A stretch of DNA of 64,000 nucleotides from Hormiphora californensis. Lineage: Eukaryota > Animalia > Ctenophora. The DNA lies in NCBI GenBank assembly GCA_020137815.1, contig CM035361.1:3100001-3164000 (forward strand), read 5' to 3'. The notes beneath the pieces are model-generated. The model did not search any database, had not been told where the DNA came from, and worked only from the letters and a program-made list of their open reading frames with translations. The position numbers and the translations under genes are program-made. Positions 54,101-63,848 of this stretch are shown here, in pieces (the first letter of the stretch is position 1; each line of letters begins with the position of its first letter).

Positions 54101-57006
54101 TTCCATACAGGGTGTCCCATATATTCTGTGGGTCGGTTGGCGAGCTGTCACGCAAAAACGGTGATAGTTGTGTGAAAACAAACTACGGGAGTGTGCTGGA
54201 TTAATTCCTTCCTAACTGATGGCTTTGTTTTTAAATTAAATTTCAAAAGTTCATTTTTCATGAATGAACATTCCTGTCATTCATTCGTGAATTCTGAAAT
54301 ATTGTTTACCTTGAGTAAAAAACTTTTCTTTGGCTCGAAATTATCTTTCCAATGAGCACCATAAAAAATCAAATTGAAGCACCGGATCGCATGGCAGGTG
54401 AGAAAATGCAAATGCATGATTTTGGCCATTCCTGCGACTTTCAATCAGCTGTATCACCGCTACTTTCAGTTCAATCCTTTTAAAAGTTTGGGTGAACATT
54501 GGTGAAGATAAGATCTTTGCTCACAAGAAAAATCAAGGTCAAAACTCAAAGTTCATTTTTCATTTTTGGTAGTTCATTCCACTCATTCAGGAACAAACAT
54601 CCCTAAAGTGACGAAAAGGTTTGGGTTTTGTTTGGCCCATGTCCTGAAACGACAGAGAGGTGTAAAAACGTGTTTCCGGGCTAGTTAGTGGGTGTCCATG
54701 TGATCATTATGATATCTGACACCTTTGCTGAGCCATAATTAAGAGATTTTCTCAAATTCAAACATGGGATACGAGTATTCTGCGATTGGTATCGTGCACC
54801 AATAACAAGAGATCCCATAGCACCTCAAAAATTATGATTAGCTAAAAATGAGTTGATTTACGATTGAAAAGATTAAAACCAATGTAAATTCGGACTAAAC
54901 GAACATTTTCAAGCGTGAATCAACTCATTTCATTTAGCTAATCATAATTTTTGAGGTGCTATGGGATCTCTTGTTATTGGTGCACGATACCAATCGCAGA
55001 ATACTCGTATCCCATGTTTGAATTTGAGAAAATCTCTTAATTATGGCTCAGCACAGGTGTCAGATATCATAATGATCACATGGACACCCACTAACTAGCC
55101 CGGAAACACGTTTTTACACCTCTCTGTCGTTTCAGGACATGGGCCAAACAAAACCCAAACCTTTTCGTCACTTTAGGGATGTTTGTTCCTGAATGAGTGG
55201 AATGAACTACCAAAAATGAAAAATGAACTTTGAGTTTTGACCTTGATTTTTCTTGTGAGCAAAGATCTTATCTTCACCAATGTTCACCCAAACTTTTAAA
55301 AGGATTGAACTGAAAGTAGCGGTGATACAGCTGATTGAAAGTCGCAGGAATGGCCAAAATCATGCATTTGCATTTTCTCACCTGCCATGCGATCCGGTGC
55401 TTCAATTTGATTTTTATGGTGCTCATTGGAAAGATAATTTCGAGCCAAAGAAAAGTTTTTTACTCAAGGTAAACAATATTTCAGAATTCACGAATGAATG
55501 ACAGGAATGTTCATTCATGAAAAATGAACTTTTGAAATTTAATTTAAAAACAAAGCCATCAGTTAGGAAGGAATTAATCCAGCACACTCCCGTAGTTTGT
55601 TTTCACACAACTATCACCGTTTTTGCGTGACAGCTCGCCAACCGACCCACAGAATATATGGGACACCCTGTATATGGTCAATTGGTGACATGACATGACC
55701 AAATATGGTGTATACCGAGTATATCACCCGGGTATTATAGAACTGATAAAATATATGAAGGGATTTATTTATCAAAACTAACTATTTTACAGAGCTCGGT
55801 TTTACTGTCGGTGGTGTTTTAACCGAGGAGAACCTATTGGATTTAAACCCTGTCGGTGCCGGTTAGAGGCTGCCCGAGTAAAATCACGATCAGGTAACAT
55901 TGCACATCATTTCTACTGTCGTGACCCATTTTATACACCTCGAATCATGTATGTTAAGTCCTTTTTTTAACAGTAAATGGGGGGTGAACAGTTGAAAAAA
56001 GGACTTTAGTACCCAGACCTTGTCCTGCATGTACCCCGACCCCCTGCAGCAGTTTCATGCAATCCTGCTTGTACCAATCCTTGCATCCACTCGGCATCAG
56101 CAGAGCTGTGTCTATACTATTACAATATGATGTGTGTACTGTGTATACAATTACATGACCGGGTCATCAGATTCACCTAATCCAATCTTCCAATCGTAGC
56201 TATATTGCTGCACTTCTTGCTCAACACCGCCATCTTGATAGGTTATTGTATATGACTGCCACACTATAGGTACGGGGGCTGGGTATTAGGAGCCTGTTAT
56301 TATAACATGTTAGAGTCCCCTGATCCCTTTTCCCTAATACCTCGTTATGCAAGGCCACAATATTGTACACCCTGCCCTCCCGTCATTCCATGCTCTGCAT
56401 GCTACCACATACCACCCGCCATTCCCCCCCCCCGCCATTCCCCCACCCGCCATTCCTGTTCTGCATGACCCCGTCCTGCCTCCCCCGTCCTCCCCCCGTC
56501 CTGCATGCTACCACCTGCTCACCACACTAGGTGGGGGGCTAGGTGTTAGGAGCCCCGGTACCGCTGAACTGATCCAAATGTCAGAACAAGGTCTCGGCCA
56601 ACCTGGTCATGGAGGGAAGACCTCCCCGGGAGATGGACGTGTTGCTAGTACTGACAGTAAAACGAGTGGGCTCGCTCCTGTGGATCAGAATCCGTTGAGG
56701 ACTGTTCGACATCTTTTCCATCAATATTCGGTGAGTTGTAAGGAATGGAGTTGGAAAAGGATAAATTATAATTTGGAGGAAAGAAGATTTAGAAAGATCG
56801 GGAGATGCATGGAATCTAATTATTAGTACTGACCCCCTGAAGGCTGCTACTTTACAGGTTAAATCTGCTGACTATCGATCCGCAATGAGTGGGAATCAGA
56901 GCGGTGGTGTGGCTAGCACATTCGACCCAACGGGGAACTATCATTGGTGCCCGGAGAAGAAGTTCGAGGAAGTCGACCTGGTAAGAGAGAGGGAGAGAGA
57001 GAAAGG

Positions 57007-57057
<51 letters not shown>

Positions 57058-60000
57058 AGGGAGAGAGAGAGAGAGAGAGGGAGAGAAAGGGAGAGAGAGG
57101 GAAAGAGAAAGAGAAAGAGAAAGAGAAAGAGAAAGAGAAAGAGAAAGAGAAAGAGAAAGAGAAAGAGAAAGAGAAAGAGAAAGAGAAAGAGAAAGAGAAA
57201 GAGAAAGATGCATGATTCAGCTAAAAGTATGTTGCATGACTCGCATTTCTGTATCATCTCTGCAAATTGGGACCTGCACAGCAGCAACTGGCCCAACAAC
57301 ATCAGATATCAACCTGCAACAGATATCAAAACCAGTTGTATCGTGTCGAACCCCGATTTACCGGGCTTTTACCCGGTAAATCAGGGTTCGACTGTATATC
57401 GAGTCGAACCCTGATTTACCGGGATGCCATGCTGTGTCGAACTGTAACTTTCCCACAACTTCCACAAACCACACACGGGCAGTGATTGCCCCTCACACGA
57501 TTTACATGTACGTGATTTTTGTGTCGTGATCTTTTCAATACATATATCTGGGGGGATGAAATGATGGAGGTGCCTAGCAGATCTTTCTCTCTTCACACAC
57601 AGCACTTCTCCATCTTTCTCCCCTCATCAGGTTTACCCGGGTCTCTCACTCCAGGGATTTCTCTAGCAACTCCCCCCGGGTAAACCTGATCTACAGCTCG
57701 TGTATTCTGTCTATGATTATGTAATGTCACAATGTTATAACACACATACGTCAGGCCAACTACTTAACTAAAGAGTGTTCCTTCCGTAACGACGATCCAG
57801 ACGGAGTTAACAAGAGGGTCGTCTGCAAGTACCGGCTTGACGATGAGGTAGGTAGTTTCACACACTTTCCACACTCCTTACATTTCACAGTCATTAAACT
57901 TTTCACTGTCCTTACATTTGATTATCCTTACATTCTTCACTTTTTCATGTGTTTCATACTTCATTTCCACAGTCCTAACTTTTTCATTACCCACATTTCA
58001 CAGTCCTTACTTTTCAAATTCATCCCATATAAAAACTTCAATCACATCTTTCGTCGTATTGTGAATTATTTGTAAAATGTACTGGATTTCTGGTTTCCCT
58101 CGCTCGACGTCCCTTCGTATCGCGTGTTGGTATCTCTGGTTATAGCAGACTCGCTGGGTAACGCACACCCGTCAGACGGTAAAATTAATTTGAACAACAC
58201 CGTATTAATTAAAACAGATGAGCATCGAGAAAAAAACTATTTTCTAGTTCTTAATTATTAAAACCGTTTGTTCAAACGCTAACCCGGTAATGAGCTATGC
58301 ATTTTCAAGGGATAAATGCTCCCGGCCTATTATTGCATGCAACATCCAATGCTAATCACCACGCAGTTACGTTTTATTCGCATTTTCAGGGTAACTTAGT
58401 TAATTAATTAATTACTAATCCTTCGCGTTTAACGAATTAATTACTTAGATATAGAGCATGGCGGCGGAGCTTGCATGACTGATGACACCACAATATAGAT
58501 TACATAGATAAACTGACATGTCCTTTCTCCCCACTCAGAAAGATCACGAGTTAAATAACCACATTGTCATCTGTGCTTTTGGCGATGATAAAACACCAAT
58601 TTCTGGGTTGTCGAGTTTGGTGAAACCCCTCCGAGCGAGTAACCTTCCTTATAAGGTAATTGCCATGATTATGGGCAGATCTGTAATTACCATATCTGGG
58701 CATCAACCAGGGAGATGAGCCTTGCAGAATTATCTAAAGTTGTCTGATATCCTGATTCCCTCTCTCAGAAATTAAAAGTTGTTTTATTGCTTGCGGAAAA
58801 AGAGTTTCTAATGAAAGCCTGGAAAGAACTTCGGCATTTCCCTAAAATCCGAGTACTTTGCGTAAGTATTTAATCGAAATGTGTTCTAGAGGTCTATAAA
58901 TGTTGGAAAAATGAAGACCGCTAATTGCCTATGCATGAAGATTTTGTCCATAACTGTTTTCAGGTTGTATGTTTTTAGGTGAGCGTGTCTGACAGAATAT
59001 GAAAATCAATGCTCATTTTAGGGTTCAGCGTTAGACAGGCGGAAGTTGAAACGAGCTTTTGTAAATCGAGCCAGTATGGTGGTTATTTTGTCGAATTATG
59101 GCAAAAGGATAGCATACAAGGATCCTTTCTTGTTAGACAAGGTTTGTGAAGAGTCACGTGACACTCCAAATATGGACATCATATTGTGAGAAAACCAATC
59201 CATATTTGGACATGATCTCTCCATCCCATCTCTCCGTATCAGGAACCGATCCTGGCATGTTTGAATCTGCCACAAGTAGTTGGATCAAGTAAAGTGGATC
59301 CAAAACCCGTGGAGTTCATCGCAGAGCTGGTGAACGATTCAAATGTTCATTTCCTTGACCAGGTACTGTTTATTTGTTTGATGTTAGGGTAAACTCTAAC
59401 TGAATGGCATCCCATTAATGGGATCCCATCAACAGTAAAACTCTAACTGATAATACAGAGAAAGAACTATAGGGCATGCCCGGGCACGGGCGCGCACACA
59501 GAGAGAATACAGAGAAAGAACCATCACTGTGGTCCATTATCAGTTAGAGTTTTACTGTTGATGGGATCCCATTAATGGGATGCCATTCAGTTAGAGTTTC
59601 CCCTAACCCTCAAATTACCTCATTAGTTTATACATAATATATCCCTTCCTGAACACCTCCTCCCGGTCTCATATAACAGAACATCTGCCTGACAGGTCTC
59701 CTAATACCCAGTTTTCAACACCCCACAACCACCTCTCCCCCAGTCTCTAACACCACACCACCACCACCTCTCCCCAAGGACAATGAAGACGAGCCTGATA
59801 TTGAGCTGCATTTGACAATGAAGTTCGCCCAAGGGAGCTGTATCACCGCTACTGCCCTTGATACACTCATGAGTGAGGCTTACTACAACGATGAGGTTTG
59901 TTTTTTCCCTAAAATATATTATCCTGAGAGTGGGGAAGTTGCTTTGCTCGGATTTCACAATCCTCACATTTCACATTTCACAGTCCTCACATTTCACAGT

Positions 60001-62673
60001 CCTCACATTCCACAGTCCTCACATTTCACAGTCCTCACATTTCACAGTCCTCACATTTCACATTTCACAGTCCTCACATTCCACAGTCCTCACATTTCAC
60101 AGTCCTCACATTTCACAGTCCTCACATTTCACAGTCCTCACATTTCACATTTCACATTTCACAGTCCTTACATTCCCCTGCCCAGGTGATGACGTTAGTC
60201 CGTGCCCTCATAGCCGGAGCTAATGTACCTGAATATGACTACGATGAAGAAGACCACGCTGGACCTCTCAATATACCTCCCAACGCTTTGTGTGGTTCAC
60301 AATGCAGGGTAAATGATCCAGATTTAATTAGTTTAGTTAAATTATTTTATTTTAACCATCAATTGAACTTCCAAATGTTGATATCACCCTCTCTCTCAAT
60401 AGGTGATACGAATCAAGGCAGAGGAGCCTAGTTTGTCAGAACATATAAAGGGCAAGGCCTATAAGAATGTCTTTATCGAACTCCTTCAGAAGTTTAATCT
60501 TTTATCACTTGGTAGGTTAACTATCACTGTTCTTTATTCTACCAGGAACCGACCGGACCAAGTAAACAACCAATCAGAGCTCGTTATTTAGGTCACGTGA
60601 CTGGTTATCAGCCAATCAGGGACCAGTATTTCCTGATTCGGTCGGTTCCTGCCGCAGAAAGAATATAAGTTAAAATCTCCAGTTTGGCAAGTCCCCTTCT
60701 ATCTCGAGCGAGGGGATTAATACCAGGAGATTTTTGAGAACTCTCAAACCTTGCTATGACCCAAACCCAAATTATATACCGAACAACACCTCCAGGATTG
60801 CATAGGTCGATAAAGTGGCACGACGAGGGTACCACATCCCCCTCTGTCCACCACAAGAGATTCGTGTACATTAACCCGCCCGGTGATACGAAGATTGTTG
60901 CCAGTGACTACCTTTATGTCATAGTCCAGACCAGCAAACTACAGCCACCAACCGATGTCATGCTCCAAAAGATAAAGGTATATTTTAGCATTTTTCTAAT
61001 TTTCTTCTCTGTTTATTCCTGAATCTTGATCAGTTGATTGAATTCACAATAGCAATGAATAGCAATGCAGCAAATATCCGATAACACATTCCAAACCGTG
61101 TTTGCCTAAATCAGGGGGGGGTCAAAAATCCAAAACCGCCCTGAAATAAAGCTTATACAGTCGGACCCCGATTTAACGGCACCCTCGGGGGAAAGGGTTT
61201 TGTCCGTTAAATCGGGGTGTCCGTTAAATCGGGGTAGAGCATATTTGGCCCATAAAACCCTATTTTTGTCCAAAATACTATACTAAAACACCTCTAAGTA
61301 AATGCAATGTCCCTGTTTTGATTACATGATCATTTCTGATTAGAAAAAGAAAATAATTTAAAAAATTTTATAAAAAGTTATAAAAATTTTCTAAGGTACG
61401 TGTACTGGTATATCAACCACGTCCGAATTGTATATCGAATCAGTGCATCTTATCGCATGTCTTGCTGCTAATTAGACGGTTCGAAACGAACCGATACGTG
61501 ATACTATGCCGAATCGGGGCACTTTAAGCGGGGTGAGGAAGAATTTGAATTTCAAAATATCTTTTTCTCTGAAAATTCATGGGGAGCACCGATCAAAGCA
61601 TTGCCAATCATTCTGTAAAATTTTGCAAAAAAAAGTTATGAAAATTTTTCAAAGGTATATCAACCACGTCCGAATCGTGTTTCGAATCAGTACATCTTAT
61701 CGCACGTCCTGTCGCTAATTAGACGGTTCGAAACGAACCGATACGTGATCCCCATGGAGCCAGTTTAACAAGTGTCAAAATTGCGATTCGATTTCAAAAA
61801 ATTTTCAAAAAAAATTTTCAAAAATTTTGGGGGAAATTTATCCTGCCGTTAAATCGGGGTGCCGCTAAATCGGGGGCCGTTAAATCGGGGTCCGACTGTA
61901 TTGTGAATTATAGAAACTTGACACGAACCAGATTCCTTTTTTCCAGGAAACGATATCTAAAAAGGATGGTCCCCCTCTAGCTGATTCAAAGTTGACCCGG
62001 CAAACAAACATAGATGGAGACCAAGGTATGTCTATTTGATCTCTAAATATCTCTCTCTCTCTCTCTCTCTATCCTGAAGCCGTTTTGTGGTCTTATTATG
62101 TATCACGCCAAACCTCGATTTACCGGTGCAATATAATCCTTCCCCAGAGGAGCTCGGTAAATCGAGGTTTGCTGGTTTGATATTACCGTCAGTATAATAT
62201 ATTCTTGCTGTCGAATAGCAGATATATCAGGAACCGACCGGAACAAGTAAACAACCAATCAGAACTCGTTATTTAGGTCACGTGACTGGTTATCAGCCAA
62301 TCAGGGACCAGTGTTTCTTGTTTCGGTCGGTTCCTGGCAGATACATTGTTTTGTTGTCTTGAACTGTATTGGCTGTCTCAGCATCCTTTTAACTAAGCAC
62401 ACACACAAAACGAATAATAGTTAGTCAAGCATTCAATGATATTCTAACTGAGAGCACATACAAAATGTGATACTGGGCCCAACATGATCTCAATAAGCTT
62501 TTATCCCTTTTATCCTAATCCACGTCATCATTCGTTTTGCAACAACAATTTCACCAGCTCCTAAAACTTTTCATATAGCGGGGCCAGCACTAGAAGATGT
62601 TGATGAGAGATCATTGGAAGACTCTCAACCATTAGTCTCTGAATCGGTGAATAGTACAACACATGCTTTGTAA
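42044..62673 (+). CDS. KCNMA1: Slo1/BK-type Ca2+- and voltage-gated K+ channel alpha subunit (whole gene, proximal N-terminus isoform; 29 coding exons, about 1166 aa)
   Basis: Hand-spliced join of 42044-42135, 42524-42752, 42953-43014, 43156-43255, 43352-43463, 43654-43726, 47489-47564, 47989-48121, 48429-48564, 48809-48919, 49150-49255, 52396-52482, 52974-53108, 53412-53617, 53934-54083, 55793-55893, 56531-56730, 56858-56980, 57755-57847, 58539-58655, 58769-58861, 59022-59141, 59243-59362, 59779-59895, 60186-60308, 60403-60511, 60796-60977, 61947-62025, 62558-62673. All introns are GT-AG and phases are consistent (3501 nt). Motifs: S4 [62 protein letters not shown]. The symbol denotes family likeness; orthology is untested. 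Confidence 0.93.
42154..42262 (+). mobile_element. hAT-like 109-bp MITE
   Basis: Same family; 8-bp TSD ATCATCAC. Confidence 0.88.
42524..42752 (+). CDS. Slo proximal exon B2 (S0 helix and S0-S1 linker ending [11 protein letters not shown])
   Basis: CAG acceptor, gtaagt donor; (W)[17 protein letters not shown] resembles S0. Confidence 0.88.
42953..43726 (+). CDS. Slo voltage-sensor exons S1-S4 (42953-43014, 43156-43255, 43352-43463, 43654-43726)
   Basis: [15 protein letters not shown]; [21 protein letters not shown]; [30 protein letters not shown]; [16 protein letters not shown]. The BK sensor residues (S2 Asp/Arg, S3 Asp, three S4 Arg) are retained. Confidence 0.93.
44494..44664 (+). CDS. 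Putative alternative exon in the Slo S4-S5 intron (Gly-rich, 57 codons, phase 2-2)
   Basis: CACAG acceptor. The frame SFGGSSG(n)[37 protein letters not shown] has an upstream in-frame TAA and no upstream ATG, so it needs splicing. The donor AAG|gtgccc is weak; the phase matches the S4 exon end. Confidence 0.5.
45291..45576 (+). CDS. Putative alternative terminal exon in the Slo S4-S5 intron ([12 protein letters not shown]...GYMMPL*)
   Basis: Long polypyrimidine tract plus GCAG acceptor, phase 2, 94 open codons of coding-like composition within an AT-rich intron; possible internal donor GG|gtacat at 45557. Confidence 0.58.
47489..48564 (+). CDS. Slo pore-domain exons S5, P-loop, S6 (47489-47564, 47989-48121, 48429-48564)
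   Basis: [12 protein letters not shown]|VENSGDPW...[16 protein letters not shown]|[23 protein letters not shown]. Confidence 0.96.
47588..47696 (-). mobile_element. hAT-like 109-bp MITE
   Basis: Perfect TIRs; TSD not evident. Confidence 0.85.
48164..48268. mobile_element. CAGTCGGACCCC-family MITE
   Basis: TIRs, TA flanks. Confidence 0.8.
48809..54083 (+). CDS. Slo RCK1 exons (48809-48919, 49150-49255, 52396-52482, 52974-53108, 53412-53617, 53934-54083)
   Basis: [16 protein letters not shown]; [14 protein letters not shown]; [19 protein letters not shown]; ISVKNY..IPNW; [16 protein letters not shown]; LLLIAVE..INP..GYFIA. Confidence 0.93.
49259..52241 (-). mobile_element. Full-length pogo-superfamily DNA transposon in a Slo intron
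   Basis: Perfect 23-bp TIRs GGGGAGCCACAGGTAATATGGGA, TA target duplication on both sides, internal intact transposase ORF. Confidence 0.95.
49621..51759 (-). CDS. pogo-type DDE_1 transposase, 712 aa (HTH_psq + CENP-B-type HTH + DDD catalytic domain)
   Basis: Uninterrupted ORF; [19 protein letters not shown] (psq HTH); IFNCDE, LLILDGH, QPLD (36 residues between the second and third Asp by my count). Confidence 0.95.
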   Translation of the reverse strand: MAPTRSKKPSGSSYIYTRKTTRQFWDADNMKKAIEAVRNKTMGYLKASSFFSVPKSTLERRVKGGNKVATECYKKLGVGSTVLPLHLEDMLRDHILSMEEALFGLTCTDVRKMAFQLAARNGLRSPFKGEKAGYHWLYRFLARYPEISLRKPENTSLARSRSFNKGNVESFFNLYTKVMEKHPYPPHRIFNCDEKGVSTVPNAPPKILGRSGKKQIGAMSSAERGTNVTVLLCGNAVGEWVPPMFVFPRKKNNPDYLRGAPVGSISANQPSGWMTSESFLVWLQHFIDHIGCSKERPALLILDGHVSHVKSLDVLYLARDNGLEMICLPPHCTHRMQPLDVTAMGPLEIYYSKEVQEWLRNNPGRPLTLNFIAELFEKAFTKVVHSDSLESGFKKCGIWPVDASIFDGAFVTAHQQLGAVVNDDGDNGEDQASGDQPDQATITRPACATCGHQPLPDHSNSSISSTDSDISTMTLPEHVIPLPKIEYALKKNTNSKRQGKTALITSSPYVKEIALQEENKLLKEQLKEIRRENKSLKRKCGATVADKDGVIRIGAVKKISKKRKTIPTKVKKELFPSTASPVPVAPASSTNQQEDQTPHEIEQEDIVPGTFVLVRFSYRGTVQFYAGYVTGDKVDNDYEIRFLRRVPSKIPSTTKIRFQYPERDDISAVKPEDIVLVFQQKPTVESDRPKSRRLASTLEFEDNRLEKFNPIY
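52482..52850 (+). repeat. G-rich minisatellite containing repeated GGTGAGTGC donor-like motifs
   Basis: About nine GGTGAGT(G/A)C units beginning at the true donor of exon 52396-52482. Confidence 0.8.
53121..53229 (-). mobile_element. hAT-like 109-bp MITE
   Basis: Same family; 8-bp TSD GTTATTAT. Confidence 0.88.
54108..55670. mobile_element. Foldback Tc1/mariner-type non-autonomous element (arms of about 760 bp, spacer of about 35 bp)
   Basis: TA|CAGGGTGTCCCA ... TGGGACACCCTG|TA; the arms are near-perfect reverse complements. Confidence 0.9.
55793..57847 (+). CDS. Slo RCK1-RCK2 linker exons (55793-55893, 56531-56730, 56858-56980, 57755-57847)
   Basis: [12 protein letters not shown] matches BK AFFYCKACH..CGC and [11 protein letters not shown] matches YDSTGMFHWC. 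The second and fourth exons rest only on splice sites, phase and open frame. Confidence 0.8.
56984..57207 (+). repeat. (GA)n plus (GAGAAA)n microsatellite
   Basis: Direct reading; one of many AG/CT tracts (e.g. 16280-16470, 23654-23740, 26045-26230, 27880-27950, 28440-28525, 33235-33360, 34222-34300, 37425-37500, 41355-41480). Confidence 0.95.
58539..60977 (+). CDS. Slo RCK2 and calcium-bowl exons (58539-58655, 58769-58861, 59022-59141, 59243-59362, 59779-59895, 60186-60308, 60403-60511, 60796-60977)
   Basis: [15 protein letters not shown]; HFPKI; MVVILS..DK; [13 protein letters not shown]|[23 protein letters not shown]; KRFVYINPP. Confidence 0.93.
59387..59603. mobile_element. Palindromic MITE in the intron that splits the calcium bowl
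   Basis: Inverted arms of about 65 bp (AAACTCTAACTGAATGGCATCCCATTAATGGGATCC), GGG..CCC ends, TA flanks. Confidence 0.75.
59953..60175 (+). repeat. 16-bp minisatellite (TTTCACAGTCCTCACA)n; decayed relative at about 57860-58020
   Basis: Direct tandem units. Confidence 0.9.
60543..60651 (+). mobile_element. hAT-like 109-bp MITE
   Basis: TIRs and family core; TSD not evident. Confidence 0.85.
61158..61898. mobile_element. Longest member of the Tc1/pogo-type CAGTCGGACCCCGATTTA MITE family
   Basis: TA|CAGTCGGACCCCGATTTAACGG ... CCGTTAAATCGGGGTCCGACTG|TA; internal direct repeat; no ORF. Confidence 0.85.
61947..62673 (+). CDS. Slo C-terminal tail exons (61947-62025, 62558-62673, stop TAA)
   Basis: ttccag acceptor, G|gtatgt donor, phase-1 join to an open frame ending STTHAL*; no homology support. 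Confidence 0.6.
62228..62336 (+). mobile_element. hAT-like 109-bp MITE
   Basis: TIRs and family core; imperfect flanking repeat GCAGATA. Confidence 0.85.
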
Positions 62674-62715
62674 ACCGTGGCAATTAGTACTTTGTGAATC
62701 GTGGCAATTATAGTA

Positions 62716-62813
62716 CAGTCGGACCCCGATTTAGTGGCACCCTCGGGGGAAGGGTTTTGTCCACTAAATCGGGGTGCCACTAAATCGGGGGCCACTAAAT
62801 CGGGGTCCGACTG
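62716..62813. mobile_element. CAGTCGGACCCC-family MITE just downstream of the predicted Slo stop codon
   Basis: Perfect TIRs, TA flanks. Confidence 0.82.
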
Positions 62814-63654
62814 TACTTTGTGAATCGTGGCATTTAGTATAGTGTACTTTGTGAATCGTGGCAATTATAGTATAGTGTACCTTGTGAATCGTTTTGGATG
62901 GCAACATGTCATCCTATCTTGACTGCTTTATAGTGTACCGTCCCATGCCTGTGTTGTGAACTTGATGTTTATATTGCGTGACGTCACAACTGTAATTCGT
63001 GACGTCACGATTGTAATTATTTCGTGAAGGGTGCAGCGTATTTGTTTGCTTCAGTCTCTCCGTGATATAGCTCTAATACATAATCTTTATTTTCTCCAAA
63101 GTGCAATCGGACCCCGATTTGTCGGGTAAAACCCCCTATTGATCCCAGAAAAATCGGGGTCCGACTTCACCCTCCTTTACTGTACTATATACCCTGCTAA
63201 CTTAAATAATGCGCCAGTGGCGAGAAGTCCCACTAGCGCGCTCTCGATAACCAGCCAGTCCAGCGGCAGATTATTTCCCACTGGCAGGTTATTTATTTTT
63301 AACTCCTATGTTACATTCAAAGTGTGTGTAAATGATCAGTTCTTACTGAAATACAGAGGGAACACTGTTTGGAAGAGTTACACACTAAATTGGAGAGAAA
63401 GAAACAACACATTCCGTCAATTACTCTCTCTTTATCTTCCCTTTTGTTTCACTATCTCAATTCCTCTGTGTTATGTCTGGCATGCCCCATATCTTGTTAT
63501 TTTTTTCTCTCTCTCCTTAGTAACTGTTACCAAACAATGTACACTCAATTGAGAGATGTTTTTGACTGTTTCTCAGTTCTCTTTGTGTGTTTTGATTAGT
63601 GTTCTCTCTCTTGTTAGTGTGTAATACTTGTAACAAACAACTAAAGCAGGGTAT

Positions 63655-63848
63655 ATAACCTATAAACTCTTGCCACAGACGCGTTATAGGTTTAAACCCC
63701 TCCGCCTCTCCCTCGGCTACGCCTCGGGATCGTCGTCGTGATTTAAACCAGTTTATCCGCCAGTGGCGGATAAACTACAGCTACCTTCTCCCAGCGGCGC
63801 GCTGGGAGAAAGGTATCTGAAATAACGCGCCACTGGCAAGAGTTTATG
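63655..63848. mobile_element. Small hairpin-rich non-autonomous element, unclassified
   Basis: ATAAACTCTTGCCA / TGGCAAGAGTTTAT inverted repeat enclosing several GC-rich stem-loops. Confidence 0.5.

Noticed and set aside
59953-60175. Regular short repeats as a CRISPR-like array
   Set aside because: Head-to-tail minisatellite without unique spacers, in a eukaryotic intron with no cas genes.
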